The position numbers and the translations under genes are program-made. DNA of 64,000 nucleotides, taken from positions 8,742,001-8,806,000 of the forward strand of contig NC_134482.1 of the NCBI RefSeq assembly GCF_964194025.1, read 5' to 3'. This DNA comes from Convolutriloba macropyga. Its lineage: Eukaryota. The notes below the pieces were generated by a model. The model did no database searches. It worked only from the letters and a program-made list of their open reading frames with translations, and had not been told where the DNA came from. Of the stretch, positions 37,150 to 50,299 are shown one piece after another (position 1 is the stretch's first letter; each line of letters starts with the position of its first letter).

Positions 37150-39469
37150 ATGAACTGCTGCCCACGGAAACAAATTCTTTTTTTCTCACGTCCTAGTGTG
37201 GCATGTTGGCTTGTTCTGCTAACTTAATTTAAATTGCATCCACTAATCTAACTTTTTCTACCATGTGCGATTCCCAAACATGTTCCCAAACATGATCTGA
37301 ATATTTGACGGAAACCATTTTTTATCACTCAATCTCTTGAGTCTGCTGGAACAGTATTGTGAACGGTTTCCTCTGTGTGGCAGAAAGAATCGTTTCTGCT
37401 TGTCTCTATTATCTTTTGCTCTTTTTTCATTCATTCCTGAATGTTACAGTACCTTCACTACATATATGATTTCTGCTGTTTTTCTTCTGAAAATTGAATA
37501 AGAATTGTCAAAAAAGCGAAGGGCCTGATTTTTAAATCGATCAAACTTTTTTCTCAGACCTTTTTCCTTGCTTCGAAGCAAAATTATGTTGTTGTTGAGG
37601 CTGTTGTTGTTGGCAATTTTCGGCGTACAGCCAAGGAGATTGGTTCAATTGCAGTTTGGTCTCAATTCCCCCATCTTTTGCAATAGGCGCAATCACTGAA
37701 TTTAGTCCGGGGACATAACACTCTCTCGTTGAAAGTTAGCACCAAGCTGTCCCAGACATTCTTGGACAACTTTTCTACTCGTTTTTAAGCCAAAATTGCC
37801 GTGTCTGGTTCCAAATCGGCATAGTTGAGCAAAACAATGTTTTCCTCTGCACTTTTTGCATATCTGATTGTTTCCAGGACAATTTAATCCTCTGCACTTT
37901 TTGCATATCTGATTGTTTCCAGGACAACATGTACTTCCTTGGTCGAATGCTCCTGTGTTGATTGCAGAAACCAATTCCGTATTCAGAGAGCGTGCTGGGA
38001 GCAAATTACTGCGAGTGCGTTCTTCTAGACTCGGACTTCAGAAGCACAGCTCGAAATTTTCAGCTTTTTGAAGCGCCAGTTCAGAAGCGACTGTTCACTT
38101 CAAAAGTTCGTGTTGGATGCCACAATCTGTCAAGTTGAAAATCAATGTGTCTCTAATGAGATTCTGTTCGATATGATCCGGTCTGCCATTTTAGCTATTT
38201 CTGTAATTGCCTCACAAAATTGATCTGTTGGCTCTTCTTTGGCTAATCTGCAGCTGCCAAAATGTAGCCGCCAAAATGAGAATCAGTCAAATGTAATTTT
38301 CTTTTTCTGTTGAATATTCTCTCTTTTTCACCGCTTTTTAACTTCTTTGTTTTTGATGTTTGCATATGGGACTTGTCTGCGACCATCTTTGCCAATGCTT
38401 AGGATCAGTAGTAAGCTTGCTTTGCGGTCTGCTGTATTCCATGGTTTATCACCGCACAATTTTCCCAAATTTTCCAAACAATCAGTCAGATAGAATTTCA
38501 ATTTTAGTTTGTAAAAAAAGGAAGAGCGAACAAAAATAATTTTTCCTGGGGTCAAGGGTAGCATAGAAGGACAGAAAAAATTTACAGACTTTTGTCTGTT
38601 ACTCATCTTTGGGAAAACCTTGCAAAATTTTGTTGAAACCGCGAATAGGAATGAATAATTTCCGATGTAAAAAAAACAACAGCAAAAAAACAATTTGTTT
38701 GTACACTTCGTCCTTTGATTAAACAGATTTCTTGCTCAATTGAATTTTTCATTAAAATTTTTACAGAGCAAAACAGATGTCACCATGAGGTGAATAGTTT
38801 GCGTGAGATTTCTAGTCAGGTAGAAAAGAAACCCTAATCTGTTTTCAAAAAATTTTTGATCGCATGGGAAAAAATTGAGTATCCGTATGTTGTAAACTAT
38901 TCTTAAATCGGTTAATGAATCAGTTTACTTCTACTGGCAAGGTGTACTAATTGCAGGAAAAGATACAATACAGTATTGAAGTGTAATCTGTTCTGTTTGG
39001 CAACTATCCGGAGACTCATTTACAGAAACATAAACAGACAAAGACCAACAAAAAATGATAAAATACGTTACGGTTACATATCACAAGGTCAACTCTAGCT
39101 TCACAATGTGAATACAACATCTTCGTATATTACCGGATGACTGAAAAGAACAATCAAAAGCGTTTGTTAAATCGAATATCAAATACATGACGCGTTTGGG
39201 TTGAGGTGTGTACCACACTTTGAAATTATGGTTAGCTTTCTTTCTAAGTTTGGCTATTGTCAATTCAAGTTTTTGTGAACGTTGATTATCATGAACGGTG
39301 AACTTTAGGTGTTTTGAACAGAGAATATTGCTCTTTTCATTCGTTTTTTGAGTACAAACAGGCAGTTGGTGTTCAAATCATGTTTTGTCTGATCCAAGGA
39401 TAATGTTGTTTGCATGTTTGGTGTGATTGGTTATATAAAGTCCCGTTGGGCGAAATAAATAGTCTTACA
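37150..39469 (-). mobile_element. Gypsy (K02A2.6-like) relic: putative LTR, PBS and gag fragment, copy 1
   Basis: Putative LTR TGTAAG...CA at 39469-38786, followed at once by TGGTGACATCTG (PBS-like); gag LIRDTLIFNLTD and CPGNNQICKKCRGKHCFAQLC knuckle. Confidence 0.6.
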
Positions 39470-39509
39470 TTTAACCGTTTGTATTGTCAACCTGTTCACT
39501 TTTATGGTC

Positions 39510-41527
39510 ATTGTCACTCAAATCCAAATTTGTCAGACTCCTAAGGATGATGAAGAGGGTAAGAGGCACGTTTTTTACTTTTGTCACTTGAAGTGAGATA
39601 ATTGAGGTGCTTTATTTTTTTTCCAGGATGCTAAGAACCAATCCAATTGCAATGTAACTGATGTCCAGTAGCAAGGTGTGCCCAGTGCTCGTTTGATGCA
39701 ATTGTGTTGTTCCTTCAGTGCCTCCGAGGACGGGTCAATTTTGTCGTTTGACAACGTTTTTGACAGTGTTTTTGTCCAATTCGCTTATCTTGTTATAGGC
39801 CAGGAACTGCAACACTATGAGGTCAGGGATATGATCAGGCAGTTGCCGCAGTCCATTCCTCTTCAGGTAAAGCAACTGACACTATCTTCAACTGCTCCAA
39901 TTGACCACGAGGGAATGTTGATTCCACATCAAAAGGATAAAATGCAATATTCCGCTTAGGTTGCGGCACCAAGATTAAAGGTGAAAACTCTTTCGAAAGT
40001 CAATTCAATTCGTCATCACATATAAACTCCAGTTCTGTAGACAACGTATTAGTATTGGTAACGTTCAAGACAGAAGTGGTTTTTTAGACAGCAGTTTTTG
40101 ATGCTCATTCAGCCGGTATTTTGTCTGATAATGAATCATTTCAATGCCAGTCACCATTTTGTACCAATGAATCCAAGAAAACTAATGTGTCTCTAATGAG
40201 GTTCCGTTCGAGACGATCCAGTCTGACGTTTTTAGCTATTAGTGTTATTGCCCCACAAAATTGATCTGTTGGCTCTTCTTTGGCCACTCTAGCTGGAAAT
40301 TGTGAATCTGTCAAATGTACTTTTCTTTCTCTGTATAATATTCTCTCTTTTTCACAGCTTTTTAATTTGTGTTTTTGTTGCTCGCATGGGATTTGTTTGC
40401 GACCCTCTTTACCGATACTTAAGATCATGAGTGAGCGTACGTTGCGGTTGCTTGTATTTCCATGGTTCATCACCGCGCAATTTTTCCAAATTTTCTATGA
40501 GATGTTCAATATTACAGAACTTCTAAAGATGTTCAATATTTCTAAAGATGTTCAATATTACAACAAGTCAGATTGAAATTAAATTTAACAAATAATATTT
40601 TCGGGGGTCAAAGTTAGCATAGAAAGAAAAAAAAATTGTAACAGACTTTTGTCTGTTACTCATCTTTGGGACAACCTCGCAAAAAATTGTCGAACACGCG
40701 AAATAGAATGAATAAATTTCCAAGTAAAAAAACAACAGCAAAAAAAACAATTTGTTTGTACACTTCGTCCTTTGATTAAACAGATCTCTTGCTCAATTGA
40801 ATTTTTCAATAGAAATTATACAGAGCAAAACAGATGTCACCATGAGGGTAATCGTTTGCGTGAGATTTCTAGTTAGGTAGAAAAGAAACCTTAATCTGTT
40901 TTTAAAAAAATTTTGATCAAATAAAAAAAATTAGGTATCCGTATGTCGTACGTTTTTCGTAAATTGCTTAATGTGTCGGGTTACTTCTATAGGCAGGGGT
41001 TACTAATTGGGGGAAAATTAGACAACATAGTATCGAAGTGTAATCTGTTCTGATCGGCAACTGTGCAGTGAACCATTTTTCGAAGCATAAGCAGACAAAT
41101 GCCTACTAGCAATGATAACATGCGTAGAGGTCAAACAACACAAGGTCAACTGTAGCCTTACCAGCTGAATACATCTTCGTAGATTACCGGATGGCTGGAA
41201 ATAACAATCAAAAGTATTTGTTAAATCGAGTATCAATTTATGACGCGTTTGGGATGAGATTTATACCACACTTTGAAATCAGGGTTAACTTTTTTCTGCT
41301 TTTCAAAAGGTTGGCTGTTGTCGATTCAAGTTTTTGTGAACGTTGATTATCATGAACGGTGAACTTTAGATGTTTTGAACAGAGATTCTTTTCATTCGTT
41401 CTTCTGAGTACAAACCGGCAGTTGGCGCTAAAATCATGTTTTGTCTTATTCAAGGATAATGTTGTTTGCATAATTGGTGTGATTGGTTTTATATGAAGTC
41501 CCGTTGGGCGAAAGAAATAGTCCTACA
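39510..41527 (-). mobile_element. Gypsy relic: putative LTR, PBS and gag/pol fragment, copy 2
   Basis: 40185-41567 is a diverged copy of 38140-39508. Putative LTR 41527-40843, same TGGTGACATCTG, LIRDTLVF (ORF 40141..40473). Confidence 0.6.
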
Positions 41528-41959
41528 TTTAACCGTTTGTATTGTCAACCTGTTCAAATTTATGGTGGACAGACTGAACGATTAAAGCGATCAAGTATTA
41601 TTTTTTCTGAAACGAGAATTCCATATACGCTATTGACGGTAAAGTTGATAAAAAAGAGTTTGCGTTGAACTAAGATCTTCAGTCAATGGTCAGAAGAATA
41701 TGGTCTTCAATTTCATCATGCAGGATCGTTCGGCTATCTTGCAGGATCGTTTGAATTCCTTGCAAGATAAGCGTCATTTGCAAGAATGTTGCGAGATCTT
41801 TCATAATAGTTGTCGGAATTTGTCTAGTTGATCTGTTTTTATGACTCGAAGAGAGAAATGGAGGCGTGTCTGTTATTGTTAAGCAAACGCCAACATTTTG
41901 TTTGGTAATTTTTATTTTATATGGACATATATTTACTGCAGATTGTTTTAAAAAAAGTT

Positions 41960-42110
41960 AATAAGGTAATTTTACTTTAACAGGTTTAAGGTTAATTTGT
42001 ACCTTAACTAAAGTTCAAGTAAAAATAAGGTAAATTTTATCTCAAGTTTACCTTAACAATAGTTTTACCTTAACTCCGTTACGGTAAATTTAGCTTAATT
42101 TTTTATTGTG
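41960..42110. repeat. Cluster of AAGGTAAATTTACCTT-like palindromes; probable MITE half
   Basis: Repeated taaggt/accttaa motifs ending in ttttttattgtg (CAC...AAAAAA-type terminus on the minus strand). Confidence 0.4.
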
Positions 42111-42428
42111 TATTATCATGGTAAGCAGCCTTTCCATAATTTTATCAATAGGTTTAAACAATGGGCATTGTGGCTTATTTCGTATTTGTCATTGGTTATG
42201 TTGTCCAGACACCAGTTTGAACTTCTGTAAAGTTCGCTCTGCAAAACTTGATCGACTTCAAGTGCGCTGAGCAACAAATGCTGATAAGGTACTCTGTCTA
42301 TATGGTAAAACATGGAAGAAAAGAAGGAAACGTTTTCTGAAGATTAAAATTTTTTTGCAAGATGGTTTTTGCCCAATTTATTTATTCGTTTGTGTACAGT
42401 ATTAAGGTGAACCAGATGTCAGACGGAA

Positions 42429-42564
42429 CCCTGGTCGAGACCCGATGTTAATCTTGCAAGATCTTGCAAGATTCTTGCAAAAGGATGTTAATCTTGCAAG
42501 ATCTTGCAAGACGATGTTAATTTTGCAAAGATCTTGCAAGATTAACATCCGATTCCGACTCGGG
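42429..42564. mobile_element. 136-bp MITE with ~36-bp TIRs and internal ATCTTGCAAGAT palindromes (CACTA/EnSpm-like)
   Basis: Left CCCTGGTCGAGACCCGATGTTAATCTTGCAAGATCT vs right reverse-complement CCCGAGTCGGAATCGGATGTTAATCTTGCAAGATCT; AA flanks both ends. Degenerate relative at ~41715-41805. Confidence 0.7.
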
Positions 42565-44257
42565 AAGCATCAGAAGTATAAGAATTATTCAACAATCACC
42601 TAAGATAAGTTGACATTTTCTTTTAACGGCATTCATTCACCCCCTTCCGATATCGCTTAACGAACTTTCGGAAACTCCTAAAAATAGCACTCACAACCAT
42701 ATCATTCTCAAATTCCATATATGGTCAGTATTTGACAAAAAGTGGCCATTAATGCGATCGGAAGTGAATTCTAATTTAACCCCCCAATGGTCAACCTCGT
42801 GTTTTATGAAAATATTCAAGTCAATTTTTTCACCAAAACAAGCATATACTAAAATGATTGAAAACTAATTTAACCCCGGCTATGATCCCAATTTCCTCCA
42901 ATCCTTATAGTACCCCTTACTAATTGAACTTAATTTCCAGCATTATTTTGGTCTTTCTGTTATTGTTCTTGGTAAAAAAATAGAATATGGGATATTATTT
43001 GGAGCTGTTTCATCACTGATTGCAAGCTGACAGTTAATTGCCATTAAAATAGATATATTATCACTGCCGCTGTTTCAACCGGGTCATCTTGACCCAAAAA
43101 CAGCAGGACGTCAATGAAACGTATAAACGTATTTTTTGGGTCCAAATAGCCCATCACGCTTCGCCCACTACCCCCCCCCCCCCCACAGCCGCCGCGCACG
43201 CGCCGTTTGACCCCTTGTTGCCAAATGTGTCGCGGTATGTTATACATCTACATTCTATTACGAAACTAGAGTGTATTAAGGGAGTGGAATTCGTAAAATC
43301 CAATGCAGGGGTGGATTGGGGGGGGGGGGGGGGAGGGGGTGACGCAACGGTTGAATAGATCCGCTTAATATCTTGAAACAGCACAGGAGAGAATTGATTT
43401 GCAAAAATTTGCATCCCCAGCACCTACTTGAGCAGTTTTTAAAATCTACCTGTCTTCAAGGCTGGCGGAAATCTTCAAATTCATTCAAAATCTGAGTTAC
43501 AGATCACAGTTTTGAATTCTAAACTCATTTCAAAAATATCAAAAAACAGGCCTCGCTGTCCTTCTCGTTATTACTCGCTGACGAAAAAATTAGTTATTGT
43601 TCCGACCCACTTTAGTGGGGAGAGGAACTATATACTCAAATGGTATTTTTTTATTCAGTCAATTATCGCCGATCGATATATTCATCGTACAGGATTGAGA
43701 GTGGTATCATTAGAAAGCTCGTCAAGCATAGAGTTTAAAATTACAAAGGTTTTTTGAATTTCGCTTTTTTCCGAGTCCAATTTATTCAGCTTTTTTCCGT
43801 CAAACTTTTGCTAACTTTAGGCTCTCTTCCGTTGTTTTTTTTTCACTTTTTTCGTAAATTTTGCTTAAATTTCTTTCAATTGTTGCTAAAATGTGACGAA
43901 ATTGTTAAGCAAAGTCTTATAATTTTTGCGTTCAAAGATAGAGGAGAGTTCATGAAAAGTTTGAACTAACTGTTTTGGCAAAACATTAAGCTAAACTTAT
44001 GAAAATTTAGCTTTTTTTCAATTTTGTTCATAAAAAGGTAATCAAATATGCCTACCTTCTCCAGTCTGTCCAGGTTGACAAGTGGTTCATCATGGAAACT
44101 GCTGACACAATCTTCTTTTGCACAGAAGTGGGCTAATTAAACCTTCGGTTTGTAGTAAAATTTTCTGGAAATTTGGTTTTTGCGGTTTTTCGCCAGTTAA
44201 AACGATAATAAAAAGCATAGTTTTTTCATATATTAAGATTTTTCTTTGCCAAAACAT

Positions 44258-47200
44258 TTTAATAATAATAAATTGTTTTCAAGTAAGTTAGCATTGCTGT
44301 ACAAACTAGGCCGCACAGAACCGCCACTTACTTCATAGGTCATCAAAAAGTCCGATGGTCCTCGTCAAGTGATGCCAGTAGCAGTACTAAGAAACTTTAA
44401 AAGACAGATTGTCAGATGCTGATGCAAAAGATTTGAAATGATCAGCTCAATATATTAACGAAATTATTTGTTGGGTATTGCTAATGTAATTGTCTCTAAA
44501 ACTATACTGATAACGTTTCAATTCTTTTTATTCAAGTTTTGTACTTCCGAAATGAAATTGGGGTTAAATTTTAATATAAAGTTCAAGAATTTCATTTTTC
44601 GTACTCCTAATCGTTTAGAGCTAAGTCCACTCATCGCGTTTGTACTTTTTAACTAACGGGACGATGTTCTTTTTAACTCAACTGACTCTATTTCTTTCTT
44701 TGTTATAAGAAATTTTAGACTATTTATTTCGCATTCCAATCTAAGTATCTCTGTTAATTCTTTAAACAGTTCAAAAATGTGCAAATCTTTGATCGAATGC
44801 TCTTTATACTTTTCTCGATTTTGCAGTGTTGATTCAGTTTCTCTTTTTTTAAACATAATTCTGGCAATTTGTTTTATTTTTGCTTCTAGAGGCTGAAGTG
44901 TTGTCTTGCTACTGGTTTCATAGACTAAAACACCATAATTTGGTATTGGTTGTACGTAAACTTCATATGTTACAAGAAGCTGTGCAGTTGTTAAAATTGA
45001 TCTCAATTTATACAACAATCCAGCAAATTTGGACAGTTTCGCACAGAACTCGAGGATATGCCGATTAAAATTAAGTTTTTCATCAATATGTACTCCTTAG
45101 TGTTTTAAAGACGTTTTTTGACTGATCGCATCATTCTGCAAAATTATCTCTTGTTGAGAAGATTTTCTGATTGCGTTCAAATTCACAAGGTGCGTTTTTC
45201 TAAATTGAGCGTCAGTTTGTTTCTCAAAAAAAAGTGGGCTACAGATTCGATTGACTTCTCAAATTTTTCTTTACTTGAATACGCATTTTGATTCAAAACA
45301 GCGGCGTCAGCAAACAAAATTGTGAGTCACCGCAGAACTCCTGAATTTCTTTTATATAAACTAGAAAGAGCAGTGGACCTAGCACCGAGCCCTGCGGCAC
45401 TCCATATTCTATTGGTAAGAATTCCGACCTAAACTCAACCGATTTGACGCATTGTTGTCTGTCACTCAGATAGGATTTCAGTAATTTATGTACAGGTCCT
45501 CTCAATCCTATGTTTTCTAGCTTTTCCAGGAGCAAATTTTGTTCAATTGTATCAAATCCTTGCTTCAGATCTATGAAGACAGCCTTCACTTCTTTAAATT
45601 CATTTTCTCAGTCCTCTCTGATTCCCTCGAAGAAATTAACTAGTGCATCAGTAGTCTCTCTTTTTTGTCGGAACCCAAATCGATTTCTTTTAAGCAAATC
45701 GTATTTCTCGAGGAATATGGTCATTCGATCACTGAGTATTTTTTCTAGTATTTTTCCAATCGTTAGTAATAAACTAAATGGCCTGTAGTTCTGAGCTTCG
45801 GAAGCACTCCGCACTTATATATTGGAATTACTACTGCTTTTTTCAAACTGTTTGGGAAGGTTCCTTCGTCGAAACACTTATTGACTAAAAACGCCAATGT
45901 AGGAACTATAGCATATTCTTTTTTTTAAGTATAAAGTTATTGAGACCGTGACAATCAGTGCTGTATTTATTTTTCTATTTTTTAATGACTAGTGATTTTT
46001 CGGCTTCATTTGTTGAAGTCAAAAACATGCTGTTGAAAACTGTTTTTTGTCTTCCATTTTTTCCAGGATCAATTAATTTATTCGATAAAATTTTTCCGAT
46101 AGTTTCGAAGTAAATGTTAAAACCTTCAATCTGCTTCTCTGACAACTCTTCTTGTTCTTTTCGTGTATTTCCACTCAATGTTTTCATTGCGTTTAAAAGG
46201 CTGCTGGAATTGTTTTTTGCGTTTTTGTGCCACACTTTCTGATAAAAGATTTTTTTGTTCTCTTTTATTTTCTTTGTCAGCTTATTCCTGATTTCATTGA
46301 ACTTTTCCTTGTTTTTATTAATTTTGTGTCTCAAAAAGATCTGGAAAAATCTCTGTTTTTTTGCTGCTAATTTTTTTTATGCTGTTGTTAATCCAATTTT
46401 GTTGCTGAGAAAGTTCTGATTTTTTCAATGGAATATAATTGTCAACTTCCTCAATGATAGCCTCTTGGAACTTTTGAAATGCAAGATCACAATCCAAAGC
46501 ATAAAAGTGCGACATAAGTCTGCCTAATTTGTCTCTTATTTTAAAAACCATTTTTTTCTAAAAATAAGTGGTTTTCAAGAACCGTTCAATCCCTGTAAAC
46601 TTTGTTTTTCAGTGGTACAGTCTTTCCGACGTAGTCAGAGAACACGATTTGGACAGTATAGTGATCCGTTACAGCTGACTTGGTGATTTGAATTTCAACT
46701 GTCTTCGGGCAGTAAACAACGTCAATATTAGTCCTCGTCTTTGCGCTTTCTCTAGTATACCCAACGTTTGACATATTGCTCATGTTGTAAGAACTAAAAA
46801 TGTCTTTTAATTTTGTAAGCTTGATGTTTTTGCTACTATGGTCAATGTTAAAATCTCCGCAAACAATGTGCAACTGTTCCGGTTCTTGAGTCAGTTCTTC
46901 AAAAAACATTTGAAAAGCTTCCAATATTTTATTTATACTTGTGTTCGGTTTGATATAGATCACTGTTAATAAAAAACTTTTGCCAATTTTTGTGTTGATT
47001 TTCACAGTTAACATTTGAAAACTGGTACAGCCAAACTTTTCAATAATTGTTTGTTGAAAATCACTCCTTACAAAGATCACAACCCCTACTCCTTTAAAAT
47101 TATTACGGTTGCTTGTAGCAATCTCCTGGTAGCCATCAAGGTTAATGCCCTTTGTGTTAGATTGGTCCTTGAGCCATGTTTCCCTTAAACATATTGCTAA

Positions 47201-48389
47201 AGGCTGACTCTCCTGTTGTTTCATCAACACTTCAAACTCGTTCAAATTTTTGTAGATCGATCTGATGTTTTGCAAGATTACTTTTTTCGCTCTCATTTTG
47301 AAGAAAAAAATTTTTTTCTCCTTGAACACATTACCAATTTTTAATTTTCTATCAGGATTTCGAATGCATTTTGGTCAAATCTAATAAAATCTAATATTTA
47401 AAATTTGAACAAAAGATAGAGTAAAAAAAGGAAAAAAATCAATATGAATGTATGAATGTGAATGAATGTGAATTACCGCGGATATCGCAGGCCTCCACAA
47501 TTTTAAAGAAAAACAAACACAACTGAGTTTATTTCTTTTTCTAACCTAATTTAATTTCAGAGTTGATACGGCAAACTTTGACTTTATAATTCTAAAAAAC
47601 TATTATTTTAGAAACCTAAAAATGCAAATCGTCTAGGACATCTTTGTCTGCGGATATCACTAGACATATATTGCCACTAGAAAAACTTCAAAATTGCCAT
47701 CTAATTTGTCTCTTTGCTGCGCATATTGTAAGCAGTAAGGGGTTTGATTTTTTTTTTGTAAAGCGAGAGGTATAAACCTAAATTTTTTTCATTTCTCATC
47801 TTCCCATTTAGCTGCGAATATCGTGAGCTAAAAGGACAACGAGAACTTGCTAGGACAACGAAAAGTAGGACAATGAGACAAGAAGTCTAAAATGAAAGAA
47901 AGAATATGCCTTGAACTTACTAACATTCCATCTTGCTGCGAATATTGCAAGCAAAATGAAAGAATAGGAACATTCTAGCTTATAGTCTCATCATTTTAGT
48001 ACTACTACTTTGTGGGGTTAAAATAAAACTTACTACAGAAAATTTTTTAATAATAAGAACAAAAATTTAAGTTTCCACTGTTAATCATAATAAGCTATGG
48101 AGTTTAGTTTTTCAATTGTCTCTTATTATCAGGTGAAAACTTCTCTTGACCCTTTTCACAGGAGAGCTCATCCGCTTCCTTCACAAGTTTTCACTTGTTG
48201 CGTCCACTCTCCCGTAAGACAGGATTTTGGATTTTTTTCAGTTTGTCCACGTTATTTACTAATTCAAATGATGTTTCGTTCTGCAGATTCTTAACTATAA
48301 CTGACACTGTACAATTTTTTGTTGAAGTAATCAATCTCATTTTCTTCTCCTCACTGTTTATTTCTGCTACATATTTAAGCCTTTCATTA

Positions 48390-48438
<49 letters not shown>

Positions 48439-49050
48439 GATTATTTAGTGGACTGTTGATTTTCTTAAGTTCCCTCTTTGCACCAAAAACCTATCTTTTT
48501 CGTCAAAGTAGACAAACCTGCAGATCACTGACTCTGGGCATTCATTGGCTGCTGTGCCGGGTAATATATGACATGCTTTAATTCTGTTTTCGTCCAGTTT
48601 GATATTCAGAAAATTTTCAAAAAACTTCAATGTGTTTCGCAACACATTTCGATTGTCTCTTGAGTGAAAGGGTGGATTGCAGATTATAACACAATCCTTG
48701 CTTGTTTAACATTCCTGAGCTCTCAGTCTGTCGTTTATTTCAACTTGTTTTTTTCGAGATCAATACTTTTTTGTTCCTGTTTTCTTGTTCGTGTCTATTA
48801 ATGTGGATAATACTTTCGATACTTCATGAACTTTTTTACTCAAAACAGTATCACCACTCATACCTGTTGCAGTTTTTGAAAAATCGCCGGAAGATACCTC
48901 ACCATCCATGTTGTTGCCTTTCTCCCTCAGTAATTGACAAATGCTCTTTAAAAATAAATCAAAAGGTAATTGTTCAAGGAAATGAAGTTAATTACTCAAC
49001 TTTCATTTGGTTTTTAGTGAAATTTCCAATGCTTTTACTTAAAAAATAAA
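44258..49050 (-). mobile_element. Near full-length CR1-group LINE (ORF1 plus APE-RT ORF2), frameshifted
   Basis: APE motifs QNIRS, ETW, GDFN and TDH (46586..47329); RT motifs NYRPFSLL, FGFRQKRET, FIDLKQGFDTI and GVPQGSVLGPLLFLVY; ORF1 RRM-like IKACHILP...VICRFV...INERL (~48250-48750); (ATT)n tail ~44258-44272. Confidence 0.9.
48389..48436. repeat. (TA)n microsatellite inside LINE ORF1
   Basis: About 20 TA units seen directly. Confidence 0.95.
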
Positions 49051-50299
49051 CGGAATTTACAATAGGTTAGATACAAACTGTGCTTCTTTAAAGCGCACTT
49101 TGTCGGAATTCTAAACAATCAAGCACTATTGTTTTTTGTTTAGCAATGTTTAATAGAGCTTCAAGAAATATGACGACATCAATGTTTTGTTTTCTATGCA
49201 GCCTGAATGAAAGAATTAAGAAAGAAAGAACCGACTGTTCGCTTTCACTGCTTTTGTTTATTACCTATAATAAACCAAATGGGTTTTTTAACAGCCACGC
49301 AGTGATAGCAAAGCGATTATTTGTTTATTGCAATGAAAAACGAATCTGATTGTATTTTGGTACTGTCTTTTTGAAATTTTTTTTTGCATTCTTTTTTAAT
49401 TTTCAAGAGAAGAAAGCCTTTTCATTGAAATATTCAATTAATAAGAGAGTGTTTTCATTTTCCAAAAAGGTCTAGGTAAACAAAAATGTGTTGTATGTGC
49501 AAAGCTCATGGTTTTTATGGCTCTGAAGGAATGTTTCGTAAGTTTTCGCTTAACTATGGATTTTGCCAGCATTTGATGTTCTTTTTGTAGTCTTATGCCA
49601 GTGTCTAATTAACCAGTTGTCTAATTTGCTTTTGAGGGAGCTTTTAAAAAATAATGCAATGCTGTTAGTTGACACATAATGGTTTTTTGGTACTACAACT
49701 CAATATGTATAGCAAATTCATTATTTTTTTCGATACGAAGACTTTTCGGTCCAATTGGCCGCTTTGGCAATCTTTGGAGCAATTTTTATTGTATTTTTTG
49801 GTCCAATTGGCCGCTTTGAGAATCTTGGGAGCAATGTTTATTGTAACGGTTAAAAATTGGATTATTTTGTATTAAATGTCTTAAGAATATTTGAGTTTTG
49901 CCTGTTTTGGTTTTATTGTGTGGTCTTTTGATTTAGTCTCTGCAGTGACAAGTACAATTGGTCTTCTAGGCAGTAGAAAGTTAAATTATTGCAATGTTTA
50001 CGTTGAACTCTTTCGTTTGTTAAGCCTTTTGCTAAAAATTTATGGTAATTTGAGGTTAGCCCTTTGTCATCTAATATCTTTGTCTCAGCAAAGACAGAAG
50101 TAGCTTTTACATAGTGTTTTCCTAAATAAAGTTGTTTTTGAGGGTTGACATTACAAATTTTCATAACATTTTCATACTTTTGACATTTTTCAACTATTGA
50201 TGTTCTGTTTTTTTTATCTTGCCAGATAACCACAATAATGTCACATTAATGACCTTTTTAATGACTTTTCAATTTTTGGTGTGTTTGCTTTTTTATAGT

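Noticed and set aside
37843-37927. In-frame duplication of CPGNNQICKKCRG in the gag knuckle (45-bp period); similar micro-duplications at ~40500-40560 and ~49748-49845
   Set aside because: Small slippage duplications in dead elements; no sign of function.
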